Shown here one piece after another: positions 1-13,900 of a stretch of DNA of 64,000 bases; position 1 is the stretch's first letter, and each line of letters begins with the position of its first letter. Origin of the DNA: Phyllobates terribilis (lineage: Eukaryota); the NCBI RefSeq assembly GCF_046119375.1, contig NW_027362768.1, forward strand, positions 144,584,001 through 144,648,000, given 5' to 3'. The translations under genes were made by a program, and so were the position numbers. The notes beneath the pieces were generated by a model, which saw only the letters and a list, made by a program, of their open reading frames with translations, had not been told where the DNA came from and searched no databases.

Positions 1-708
1 CGCCGACGGATAGTACGGGTTGACACTGTTGTACCCTCGGACTGCAGGGCAGCTTGAACTTGTTTGGATGTTAGTCGAGGTTCTTTACCCACCATCCGCA
101 CAATCTTGCGTTGAAATCTCTCGTCAATTTTTCTTTTCCGTCCACATCTAGGGAGGTTAGCCACAGTGCCATGGGCTTTAAACTTCTTGATGACACTGCG
201 CACGGAAGACACAGGAACATTCAGGTCTTTGGAGATGGACTTGTAGCCTTGAGATTGCTCATGCTTCCTCACAATTTGGTTTCTCAAGTCCTCAGACAGT
301 TCTTTGGTCTTCTTTCTTTTCTCCATGCTCAATGTGGTACACACAAGGACACAGGACAGAGGTTGAGTCAACTTTAATCCATGTTAACTGGCTGCAAGTG
401 TGATTTAGTTATTGCCAACACCTGTTAGGTGCCACAGGTAAGTTACAGGTGCTGTTAATTACAAGAATTAGAGAAGCATCACATGATTTTTCAAACAGTG
501 CCAATACTTTTGTCCACCCCCTTTTTTAGGTTTGGTGTGGAATTGTATCCAATTTGGCTTTAGGACAATTCTTTTTGTGTTTTTTCATTGAAGACAAATT
601 AAATGAAGATAATAATACCAAAGAATTTGTGATTGCAATCATTTTCAGGAAGAAACTGAGTATTATCTGACAGAATTGCAGGGGTGCCAATACTTTTGGC
701 CACCACTG
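1..708 (-). mobile_element. Tc1-like (IR/DR type) transposon, 5' part; continues off the window
   Basis: Terminus TA|CAGTGGTGGCCAAAAGTATTGGCACCCC (TA at 709-710). Transposase ATG at 326 (MEKRKKTKELSEDLRNQIVRKHEQSQGYKSISKDL...) is open to the window edge. Same family as 41183..42782. Confidence 0.92.
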
Positions 709-1781
709 TATAGACAGAGACGCTGATTCCAGCGATGTGTCACTTACTGGGCTGCTTGCTGTAATATTTATAAAATCACTGTTTTATAAGCAGGAGATTA
801 TAGAGGACTAGTAAACTTGCTACTAGGTAGTCCTCCATATTCATGAGCTCTGTATAACCCCGCCCCCACCACTATGTTATAATGGTTAAGTGATGTTAAT
901 GTTAAAGGTTATAGAAAACTTTGCACTGAACTTTTTTATTGTTCATTTATTTTCTAACTTTCCTGCTATTTTGCTGTTGTAGAGACTGTGTAACTGCTTC
1001 ATATAGCTGGATGGTCTGCTGCTTCTGATATCCACACAATGCTTCGGTCCTGTCAGTTCTCTCTGCTCTACTCCTTACTTTCATTGTTAGCTGGCCACAC
1101 ACAGTAGAGAGCCATCTCTCCTGACTCTCTCATACACATGAGGTTATGGATTGGCCAAAAGGCATGTGTTTTCGATAGGCAGAAGGGAGGAAGCTGCTAG
1201 CAGAAACCTCTGTCCGTAGCTCGTCTCCTTTGAAAATGAATGGGTCAGGCATTTAAATTTTAACCATCCAACTCTTGATATCAACTGATAGGGAAGAGTT
1301 GGGTGGCCCCCATATACATCAAATGGTCGACTGATCATGCTAAAATCGGGGAGAAGGAGCAAATTGCACTATTTGAGTATGTGTTCAGAAAGAACACAGG
1401 ACGATGCCACAGAAAGGAAAGAGGGGGGAAATCATACAGCAAAAGACAGATGGAAAAGCTGTGCAGGAATGAAGCTGTGCAGGAATGAAGCTGTGCTGAA
1501 TGCTGATACATAAGAACTAGTGACGACCTTGGCATCCTAGATGCACAGAACTCAAAAGAGAAGTCTGAGACTAGTATCAGGTTAAAAATGGCACATCAGG
1601 AAAAGAAAAATAGAATGCATACTGAAACTCAGTGCAACTTTTTTGCTTAAGTCAAATTTAGCCTCTCGTATTAAAAAAATATTTGTTTTATCTTATCAAA
1701 TGTGTCCATACATGATACGGATATAAGTCAATGGGCAGTCATGCAAAACTTAATTAAAAAAAACAAAAACGTTTTACTCAC

Positions 1782-1919
1782 TGCACAGTGAAGTAGTTTC
1801 ATCTTCCCCGTTGCCGCAGTCTCTTGCAGAATTACAGACTGAAGATGGCAGCAGACATGTTATCCTGTCATCACATAGGAAACCAGTGAAGTTATCTGAT
1901 GTGACGCAGAAGCGACTTT
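1782..1919 (-). CDS. LDLRAD1: LDLRAD1 exon 4 (LDLa repeat)
   Basis: tcttcag|AAAGTCGC...CTGTGCA|gtgagt. Six-Cys LDLa pattern with acidic GEDE motif. Confidence 0.93.
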
Positions 1920-4900
1920 CTGAAGACAGAGAGAGACCAAAGTATTGTACATCAATGTTCAGCACCTGTCCGTGATAGTGACTAGTCTGTATAATTGCTA
2001 GAAAGACCAGGTAATCTCCGATAAGTGTCTGCAGAATACTGTCACTGTACATAACAGCCTGCAGTCTGTGAATTGGTTTGCAGGTAATGTCACAAAGCTC
2101 AGCAGCCCCAGATTAGATAATCGACCAGGTACATACAGTACATCTCTGTGATATCTAATAAATTACTACCTTTCCCATATGCTACAAACCAGTCTTGTCT
2201 TTGGACTGCACCTATCACTTAATACCTGGGGTGCGAGCCGGGAGGGCGAGAAGAACGGCGCACACAATGGCAGCAGCAATGATCACCAGCACGATTAGTA
2301 TCACAGCTATGATGCAAACACATCTTCTGCTGCAGCCACCGCACAAATCTGGGAAACATAAAATGGTTTTGGTTGGCAAAGGTCAAAAATTGCAAAGTAA
2401 TGACCAAAATATGTATTTACCCTTCTCATCCCTTGAGAGCATTGACACTGTAGACCCCAATGATGAAGCGTCCATACTTCTCCGCTGCAAGAGTAAAAAT
2501 AGTATGAAAAACTGCTGGTGTCTAGATCACACTGATAACTATCAACTCTCATTGGCTCTTAGTTAGACCCCGTTCACACATTCAGTATTTGGTCAGTATT
2601 TTACATCAGTATTTGTAAGCCGAAACCAGGAGTGGAACAATCAGAGGAAAAGTAGAATAGAAACACGTCACCACTTCTGGATTTATCACCCACTCCTGGT
2701 TTTAAAAATACTGATGTAAAATACTGAACGTGTGAATGTGGCCGTAGGGCGTATAACACGGCTGAGTGCTATCAGATGTTTTATCAGATAGTACTCGGCC
2801 CAATATTATTCTATGGGACAGTGCAGATCTGCTATTGCATCAGATAATCATATCAGACTCACCCATTCAAGTCTATAGATGCGTGTGAAATATTTGACTG
2901 CACTCAGATGTCATACGAGTGCAATCTGATACCCACGGACAGAGACAATGGAGGATATGGAGAAATTAAGTTCTCTATGTTCTCCACACCTGTGCTACGA
3001 TTCTCTCATCTAAATCAACGGCTGTGTGACCCCGGTCTTAGTCTGTAGCTTTTGTGTGTCATGCCTGTGTCCTCAATGTGAGTGGTGCGTGTGTGTCATG
3101 TGTCCCAAGAATAATTGCCTATATATTAGTAAACATCAGTTTTTTTCACAGACGAGAAAAAAATGATCAACTTTGACCCGTGATTTTCATCCGAGTTTGG
3201 TCCGAGTCGGGTCAGAATTTGGCCAAGTTGGGTCTGTGTTGGGTCCGCGTTGGGTCAGAATTGGCTTTGAGTTGGGTCGTCTATGTTAGGCCCAAGTTGG
3301 GTCTGAGTTGGGTCTGAGTTGGGTCTGAGTTGGGTCTGAGTTGGGTCCGAGTTGGGTCCGAGATGGGTCCGAGATGGGTCCGAGATGGGTCCGAGATGGG
3401 TCCGAGTTGCGTCCGAGTTGGGTCCGAGTTGGGTCTGAGTTGGGTCAGAGTTGGGTCAGAGTTGGGTCAGAGTTGGGTCAGAGTTGGGTCAGAGTTGGGT
3501 CCGAGTTGGGTCTGTGTTGGGTCCGAGTTGGGTCAGAGTTGGGTCAGAGTTGGGTCCGAGATGGGTTCAAGTTGGCTCTGTTTTGGGTCTGAGTTGGCTC
3601 TGACTTGGGTCCGAGTTGGGTCTGTGTTGGGTCCGAGTTGGCTCCGAGTTGGGTATGTGTTGAGTCTGAGTTGGATCCGTGTTGGGTCAGAGTTGTATAA
3701 TCAATTTTCTCGTACGTGGAAAAGAAACCAACCTCCTCTTATATAATAGTCTGTGAATATCCGACCGCACTCGGACAGCATCCGAGTGCTGCCCAATTTT
3801 TTCACGGACCCATAGACTTGCAATGCCGATATTGATCTGACCCTCGGATCAAATTCAGACATGTCTTTGCGATTTTGCGTGGACCTTTTGGTCCGTGAAA
3901 AATCACAGATATGTGAATAACTCCATTCACTATTATAGGTACAAGTGCTATCCATGAAAAACACTGATAGCACTCGTACACAAAAAAATGATGTCTGAAC
4001 GAGACCTTACAGAGATATTGGAATTTTTTTGGGCAGTTGGGAGTGAAATTTTTTGCAAAATTGTGCAGCCATATGCGTTGTTGCAGATTCTCAGAAACAT
4101 AAGGTGAACTATTACTTTACAGCTATACACAATAACGTATTATGTACATTGGCAGCGAGTACAACATGGCGCCTCTGACATGATGTTTCATCACATATTA
4201 CAATCTACCTGTTATTATCTGTTCTGCCAAGTCTCCAATTCACACCTTATAAAGTAGCTAATTAGTAAGTAAAGAACAATAGGTGCAGTCAGTGCTATTC
4301 ATAGGGCTCTGTATGGACATAGGGCTGCGTATGGACATAGGGCTGCGTATGGACACAGGGCTCTGTATGGACATAGGGCTGCGTATGGACATAGGGCTGC
4401 GTATGGACACAGGGCTCTGTATGGACATAGGGCTGCGTATGGACATAGGGCTGTGTATGGACATAGGGCTGCGTATGGACACAGGGCTCTGTATGGACAT
4501 AGGGCTGCGTATGGACATAGGGCTGTGTATGGACATAGGGCTGCGTATGGACACAGGGCTCTGTATGGACATAGGGCTGCGTATGGACATAGGGCTGCGT
4601 ATGGACACAGGGCTCTGTATGGACATAGGGCTGCGTATGGACATAGGGCTGTGTATGGACATAGGGCTCTGTATGGACATAGGGCTGTGTATGGACATAG
4701 GGCTGTGTATGGACATAGGGCTCTGTATGGACACAAGGCTGCGTTTGGACACAGGGCTCTGTATGGACACAGGGCTGTGTATGGACACAGGGCTCTGTAT
4801 GGACACAGGGCTGCGCATGGACACAGGGCTCTGTATGGACATAGGGCTGTGTATGGACACAGGGCTGCGCATGGACACAGGGCTCTGTATGGACACAGGG

Positions 4901-7900
4901 CTCTGTATGGACATAGGGCTGCGTATGGACACAGGGCTGCGCATGGACACAGGGCTCTGTATGGACATAGGGCTGTGTATGGACACAGGGCTGCGCATGG
5001 ACACAGGGCTCTGTATGGACACAGGGCTCTGTATGGACATAGGGCTGTGTATGGACATAGGGCTGTGTATGGACACAGGGCTGTGTATGGACATAGGGCT
5101 GTGTATGGACATAGGGCTGTGTATGGACATAGGGCTGTGTATGGACATAGGGCTCTGTATGGACACAGGGCTCTGTATGGACATAGGGCTGTGTATGGAC
5201 ATAGGGCTCTGTATGGACACAGGGCTGCGCATGGACACAGGGCTCTGTATGGACATAGGGCTGCGTATGGACACAGGGCTGTGTATGGACATAGGGCTGT
5301 GTATGGACACAGGGCTGTGTATGGACATAGGGCTGTGTATGGACATAGGGCTGTGTATGGACATAGGGCTGTGTATGGACATAGGGCTCTGTATGGACAC
5401 AGGGCTCTGTATGGACACAGGGCTCTGTATGGACACAGGGCTCTGTATGGACATAGGGCTGCGTATGGACACAGGGCTCTGTATGGACACAGGGCTCTGT
5501 ATGGACACAGGGCTGCGCATGGACACAGGACTGTGTATGGACACAGGGCTCTGTATGGACACAGGGCTCTGTATGGACACAGGGCTGTGTATGGACATAG
5601 GGCTCTGTATGGACACAGGGCTCTGTATGGACATAGGGCTGTGTATGGACACAGGGCTGTGTATGGACATAGGGCTGTGTATGGACATAGGGCTGCGTAT
5701 GGACACAGGGCTGCGTATGGACACAGGGCTCTGTATGGACACAGGGCTCTGTATGGACACAGGGCTCTGTATGGACACAGGGCTGTGTATGGACATAGGG
5801 CTCTGTATGGACACAGGGCTCTGTATGGACATAGGGCTGTGTATGGACATAGGGCTGTGTATGGACATAGGGCTGTGTATGGACATAGGGCTGCGTATGG
5901 ACACAGGGCTCTGTATGGACACAGGGCTGTGTATGGACATAGGGCTCTGTATGGACACAGGGCTGTGTATGGACATAGGGCTCTGTATGGACACAGGGCT
6001 CTGTATGGACACAGGGCTGCGCATGGACACAGGGCTCTGTATGGACACAGGGCTCTGTATGGACACAGGGCTCTGTATGGACATAGGGCTGCGTATGGAC
6101 ACAGGGCTCTGTATGGACACAGGGCTCTGTATGGACACAGGGCTCTGTATGGACACAGGGCTGCGCATGGACACAGGGCTCTGTATGGACACAGGGCTGC
6201 GCATGGACACAGGACTGTGTATGGACACAGGGCTCTGTATGGACACAGGGCTCTGTATGGACACAGGGCTGTGTATGGACATAGGGCTCTGTATGGACAC
6301 AGGGCTCTGTATGGACATAGGGCTGTGTATGGACACAGGGCTGTGTATGGACATAGGGCTGTGTATGGACATAGGGCTGCGTATGGACACAGGGCTGCGT
6401 ATGGACACAGGGCTCTGTATGGACATAGGGCTGTGTATGGACACAGGGCTCTGTATGGACATAGGGCTGTGTATGGACACAGGGCTGCGCATGGACACAG
6501 GGCTCTGTATGGACACAGGGCTGTGTATGGACATAGGGCTCTGTATGGACACAGGGCTCTGTATGGACATAGGGCTGTGTATGGACACAGGGCTGTGTAT
6601 GGACATAGGGCTGTGTATGGACATAGGGCTGCGTATGGACACAGGGCTGCGTATGGACACAGGGCTCTGTATGGACATAGGGCTGTGTATGGACACAGGG
6701 CTGTGTATGGACATAGGGCTGTGTATGGACATAGGGCTGCGTATGGACACAGGGCTGTGTATGGACACAGGGCTGTGTATGGACATAGGGCTCTGTATGG
6801 ACATAGGGCTGTGTATGGACACAGGGCTCTGTATGGACACAGGGCTCTGTATGGACATAGGGCTGTGTATGGACACAGGGCTGTGTATGGACACAGGGCT
6901 GTGTATGGACATAGGGCTGCGTATGGACACAGGGCTCTGTATGGACACAGGGCTGTGTATGGACATAGGGCTGTGTATGGACATAGGGCTGTGTATGGAC
7001 ATAGGGCTGCATATGGACACAGGGCTCTGTATGGACACAGGGCTGTGTATGGACACAGGGCTGTGTATGGACATAGGGCTGTGTATGGACATAGGGCTGC
7101 ATATGGACACAGAGCTCTGTATGGACACAGGGCTGTGTATGGACACAGGGCTGTGTATGGACATAGGGCTGTGTATGGACATAGGGCTGTGTATGGACAC
7201 AGGGCTGTGTATGGACATAGGGCTCTGTATGGACATAGGGCTCTGTATGGACACAGGGCTCTGTATGGACACAGGGCTGCGCATGGACACAGGGCTCTGT
7301 ATGGACACAGGGCTGTGTATGGACATAGGGCTCTGTATGGACATAGGGCTGTGTATGGACATAGGGCTCTGTATGGACATAGGGCTCTGTATGGACACAG
7401 GGCTGCGCATGGACACAGGGCTCTGTAAGGACACAGGGCTGCGCATGGACACAGGACTGTGTATGGACACAGGGCTCTGTATGGACACAGGGCTCTGTAT
7501 GGACACAGGGCTGCGCATGGACACAGGGCTCTGTATGGACATAGGGCTGTGTATGGACATAGGGCTCTGTATGGACATAGGGCTCTGTATGGACATAGGG
7601 CTGTGTATGGACACAGGGCTGCGCATGGACACAGGGCTGCGCATGGACACAGGGCTCTGTATGGACACAGGGCTGTGTATGGACATAGGGCTCTGTATGG
7701 ACACAGGGCTGTGTATGGACATAGGGCTCTGTATGGACATAGGGCTCTGTATGGACATAGGGCTGTGTATGGACACAGGGCTCTGTATGGACACAGGGCT
7801 GTGTATGGACATGGGGCTCTGTATGGACATAGGGCTCTGTATGGACACAGGGCTCTGTATGGACATAGGGCTCTGTATGGACATAGGGCTGTGTATGGAC

Positions 7901-10900
7901 ACAGGGCTCTGTATGGACACAGGGCTGTGTATGGACATGGGGCTGTGTATGGACATAGGGCTCTGTATGGACATAGGGCTCTGTATGGACACAGGGCTCT
8001 GTATGGACATAGGGCTGCGTATGGACACAGGGCTCTGTATGGACATAGGGCTGTGTATGGACATAGGGCTCTGTATGGACATAGGGCTCTGTATGGACAC
8101 AGGGCTCTGTATGGACACAGGGCTGCGCATGGACACAGGGCTCTGTATGGACATAGGGCTGTGTATGGACACAGGGCTGTGTATGGACATAGGGCTCTGT
8201 ATGGACATAGGGCTGTGTATGGACATAGGGCTCTGTATGGACATAGGGCTCTGTATGGACACAGGGCTGCGCATGGACACAGGGCTGCGTATGGACAAAA
8301 GAGACATATCCTGACAAAAGCAAGAATGATGCATACAAGGGGCTTGTTTATGTGGCTGCCTGGCTTATATCCTACGTCCATACTTTGTTTACTTTATAGG
8401 CGATGATCACAGTAAAGTATAGCAAAATTGGAGACTTTGGCGAATTGGCCCCCAAGCCTTCCAGAGGGCTAATGGCTGTCAAAACCACTCAATATCTTAA
8501 AACATACCTTAGGTATCCATGGTTACGACCACTAGCAACTAGCTAACTGTCACTATATCAGTGGTCATAACCATGGATACCTAAGGTCCTGCAATGCTCT
8601 GCACATGAGGAAAGAGACAACGAATAAGAAAAACTATACTACATTTCAAATTGGAGGTATATGCTAATATAATTATTATTACAATTATTACATATTGGGG
8701 TAGGATCTTCAAACCTGACCACATACAACCCCTGGCAAAAATTATGGAATCACCGGGCTCGGAGTGTGTTCATTCAGTTGTTTAATGTTGTTGAAAAAAA
8801 GCAGATCACAGACATGGCACAAAACTAAAATAATTTCAAATGGCAACTTTAGGGCTTTAAGAAACACTAAAAGAAATCAAGATAAAAAATGTGGTACTCA
8901 GTAAGGGTAATTTTTTTCAGACCAAGCAGAGGGAAAAAATTATGGAATCACTCAATTCTGAGGAAAAAATTATGGAATCATGAAAAACAAACACACAAAA
9001 GAACACTCCAATACATCACTAGTATTTTGTTGCACCACCTCTGGCTTTAATAACAGCTTGCAGTCTCTGAGGCATGGACTTAATGAGTGACAAACAGTAC
9101 TCTTCATCAATCTGGCTCCAACTTTCTCTAATTGCTGTTGCCAGATCAGCTTTGCAGGTTGGAGCCTTGTCATGGCCCATTTTCTTCAACTTCCACCAAA
9201 GATTTTCCATTGGATTGAGATCCGGACTATTTGCAGGCCATGACATTGACCTTATGTATCTTCTTTCAAGGAATGTTTTCACAGTTTTTCCTCTATGGCA
9301 GAATGCATTATCATCTTGAAAAATGATGTCATCATCCCCAAACATCTTTTCAATTGATGGGATAAGAAAACTGTCCAAAATATCAATGTAAACTTGGGCA
9401 TTTATTGAAGATGTAATGACAGCCATCTCCCCAGTGCCTTTACCTGACATGCAGCCCCATATCATCAATGACTGTGGAAACTTGCATGTTCTCTTCATGC
9501 AGTCATCTTTATAAATCTCATTGAAACGGCACCAAACAAAAGTTCCAGCATCATCACCTTGCCCAATGCAGATTCACGATTCATCACTGAATATGACTTT
9601 CATCCAGTCATCCACAGTCCACGATTGCTTTTCCTTAGCCCATTGTAACCTTGTTTTTTTCTGTTTAGGTGTTAATGATGGCTTATGTTTAGCTTTTCTG
9701 TATGTAAATCCCATTTCCTTTAGGCGGTTTCTTACAGTTCGGTCACAGACATTGACTCCAGTTTCCACCCATTCGTTCCTGATTTGTTTTGTTGTGCATT
9801 TCCTGTTTTGGAGGCATATTGCTTTAAGTTTCCGGTCTTGACGCTTTGATGTCTTCCTTGGTCTACCAGTAGGTTTGGCTTTAACAACCTTCCCATGTTG
9901 TTTGTATTTGGTCCAGATTTTAGACACAGATGACTGTGAACAACCAACATCTTTTGCAACATTGCGTGATGACTTACCTTCTTTTTAGAGTTTGATAATC
10001 CTTTCCTTTGTTTCAATTGACATCTCTCGTGTTGGAGCCATAATTCATGTCAGTCCACTTGGTGCAACAGCTCTCCAAGGTGTGATCACTCATTTTTAGA
10101 TGCAGACCTAATTTGATGCAGGTGTTAGTTTTGGAAGTGAAAATTTACAGGGTGATTCCATAATTTTTTTTCCCCAGAGTTGAGTGATTCCATATTTTTT
10201 TTCCCTCTGCTTGGTCTGAAAAAAAGTACCCTTACTGAGTACCACATTTTTAATCTTGATTTCTTTAAGCCCTAAAGTTGCCATTTGAAATGACTTTAGT
10301 TTGGTGCCATGTCTGTGATCTGCTTTTTTTCAACAACATTAAACAACTGAATGAACATCCTCCAAGCCCGGTGATTCCATAATTTTTGCCAGGGGTTGTA
10401 TAATAAAGTCTGCTGAACCTGTCGACTGAGGTGGAGTTGCGAGGCCATCCCATGTGTATGTGGGTTCTCCAGACAGAAGATATTAGGGGAGAGAAGAATT
10501 TTCAGAGAGACAAGCCGCAGCCGGTGAAGTCTGATAACGGCTTTATCCTCTCTGTCTTGAAAACACATGAATGCGGGGTCAATCCGAGCGCTTCTCTTAT
10601 AGGGGACAGATAGCGGTCCGCAAAATGAATTTCAGACGATAGATATCTAGTTTATATGGCCGGCATAAATATAATGATTGTCCTTCATTACGCCACCTTA
10701 AGCCAGGTTCACATTACATTTTTTGCCACAGGTCAGTGGCTCCGTCAGGGCTTCTATCTAAAGCCCTGAAAAATGGGACTCATGTGACAGGGCCATTGAC
10801 TTTCATGAAGTAGTACTTTGTGCTCTGTCTGACCTCATTTTCAGGAGCATCTGTCTTTTTCAAGCAGACACAAAAGCACATTGGACCATGTTTTATGGCC

Positions 10901-13900
10901 ACTGAAAAAGGCAGATACTGCTGAAAATGAGGTCAGACAGAGCACAAAGTGACTCCATCTACTTCATGAAAGTCAATGGACCCATGAGCGGATCCACCTG
11001 AATTCCGTTTTTCAGGGCTTCATATGGAACTTCTGACGTAGCCAAAAGTGTGATGTGAACATAGCCTTACAGGGTATCTTAGTCTTAGTTAGAAATAAGT
11101 GGGACCATTATACTGTATAGAGGACTATGTGGGGCCCATTATTCTGTATGCAGGACTACGTGGGGCCATTATTCTGTATGGAGGACTATGTGGGGGCAAT
11201 TATACTGTATGGAGGACTATGTGGGGCCCATTATACTGTATGGAGGACTATGTGGGGCCCATTATTCTGTATGGAGGACTATGTGGGGCCATTATTCTGT
11301 ATGGAGGACTATGTGGGGCCATTATTCTGTATGGAGGACTATGTGGGGCCCATTATTCTGTATGGAGGACTATGTGGGGCCCATTATTCTGTATGGAGGA
11401 CTATGTGGGGCCCATTATTCTGTATGGAGGACTATGTGGGGCCCATTATACTGTATGGAGGACTATGTGGGGCCCATTATTCTGTATGGAGGACTATGTG
11501 GGGCCATTATACTGTATGGAGGATTATGTGGGCCCATTATTCTGTATGGAGGACTATGTGGGGCCATTATTCTGTATGGAGGACTATGTGGGGCCCATTA
11601 TTCTGTATGGAGGACTATGTGGGGCCCATTATTCTGTATGGAGGACTATGTGGGGCCCATTATTCTGTATGGAGGACTATGTGGGGCCCATTATTCTGTA
11701 TGGAGGACTATGTGGGGCCCATTATTCTGTATGGAGGACTATGTGGGGCCCATTATTCTGTATGGAGGACTATATGGGGCCCATTATTCTGTATGGAGGA
11801 CTATGTGGGGCCCATTATTCTGTATGGAGGACTATGTGGGGCCATTATTCTGTATGGAGGACTATGTGGGGCCATTATTCTGTATGGAGAACTATGTGGG
11901 CCCATTATTCTGTATGGAGGACTATGTGGGGCCATTATTCTGTATGGAGGACTATGTGGGGCCCATTATTCTGTATGGAGGACTATGTGGGGCCCATTAT
12001 TCCATATGGAGGACTATGTGGGGCCCATTATTCTGTATGGAGGACTATGTGGAGCCCATTATTCTGTATGGAGGACTATGTGGGCCCATTATACTGTATG
12101 GAGAACTATGTGGGGCCCATTATTCTGTATAGAGTACTATGTGGGAACCATTATACTGTAAGGAGGACTATGTGGGGCCATTATACTATATGGAGGACTA
12201 TGTGGGGCCCATTATTCTGTATGGAGGACTATGTGGGGCCATTATACTATATGGAGGACTATGTGGGGCCCATTATTCTGTATGGAGGACTATGTGGGGC
12301 CATTATACTATATGGAGGACTATGTGGGGCCCATTCTTCTGTATGGAGGACTATGTGGGGCCCATTATTCTGTATGGAGGACTATGTGGGGCCCATTATA
12401 CTGTATGGAGGACTATGTGGGCCCATTATACTGTATGGAGGACTATGTGGAGCCCATCATTCTCTATAGAGGACTATGTGGGGCCCATTATTCTGTATGG
12501 AGGACTATGTGGAGCCCATTATTCTGTATGGAGGACTATGTGGGCCCATTATACTGTATGGAGAACTATGTGGGGCCCATTATTCTGTATAGAGTACTAT
12601 GTGGGAACCATTATTCTGTATGGAGAACTATGTGGGCCCATTATTCTGTATGGAGGACTATGTGGGGCCCATTATTCTGTATGGAGCACTATGTGGGGCC
12701 ATTATTCTGTATGGAGGACTATGTGGGGCCCATTATTCTGTATGGAGGACTATGTGGGGCCCATTATTCTGTATGTAGGACTATGTGGGGCCCATTATTC
12801 TGTATGTAGGACTATGTGGGCCCATTATACTGTATGGGGGACTATGTGGAGCCCATCATTATCTATAGAGGACTATGTGGGGCCCATTATTCAGTATGGA
12901 GGACTATGTGGAGCCCATTATACTGTATGGAGGACTATGTGGGGCCCATTATTCTGTATGGAAGAATATGTGGGGCCCATTATACTGTATGGAGGACTAT
13001 GTGGGGTTCATTATTCTGTATGGAGGACTATGTGGGGCCCATTGTACTGTATGGAGGACTATGTGGGGTCCATTATTCTGTATGGAGGACTATGTGGGGC
13101 CCATTTTACTTTATGGAGGACTATGTGGGGCCCTGGAGGACTTTGTGGGGCCCATTATTCTGCATGGAGGACCTTGTGGGGCCCATTATTCTGCATGGAG
13201 AACTATGTGGAGCCCATTATACTGTATACTGGTCGGCCCTCCCTCGATATTGTTTTTCATTTTGGCCCTCTGTGTGTTTGAGTTTGGCATCCCTGCCTTA
13301 GGCTATGTGCACATGGAAGTTTTTAAGGCAATCAAAAATGGCAAGTATTTCACTGTTACAAAACGTCACCTGGGCATCTTCGTAGAGTTTTGTAGCCTTC
13401 TCATTAATTTCTATTGGAAAGTATAGAGGATCATGATCATGAGGCTTTATTCACACATCAGCATTTTTAATCAGTATTTCACCAGTACTTGTATGCCAAA
13501 ACAAGAAGTATTTCCAAAACACAGAGCAGGTGTCAATCTTTCACTTATGGTTTTTCATTGTAAGTTCCATTCCTGATTTTTGCATACAAAACCTGATGCA
13601 AAATACTGATGTGTGAATAAGCCCTTATGGATATATGGGCACATGGTGGCATCCATTGTACGGATCAACCATGTAATATACCATACGATTTTTGCGGATA
13701 CATTGCATTTCTTTACCATTGTACTTGGTCTTGTAAATTTTAATAACGGGTGATATAAAAAAAAAAAATGGATGACGATACAGATGAAATATTTTTTTGT
13801 TTTAATACGCTGGAGTGAAGTATAATTCCACCATGTTTGCTGGGTAAGATCACAGTGTATAGAGCAATCAGCCGCCTCTCACTCACTCCCAGTTCTTACA

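Noticed and set aside
4258-8406. Giant 990-1360-aa ORFs on both strands
   Set aside because: Produced by an 18-bp (multiple of 3) unit that lacks stops in most frames. They lie in LDLRAD1 intron 1, have no unique domain, and overlap in five frames.
11099-13426. Repetitive ORFs ([21 protein letters not shown]...), also at 54260..55995
   Set aside because: Translations of the 30-31-bp minisatellite. The frames cycle with unit length.
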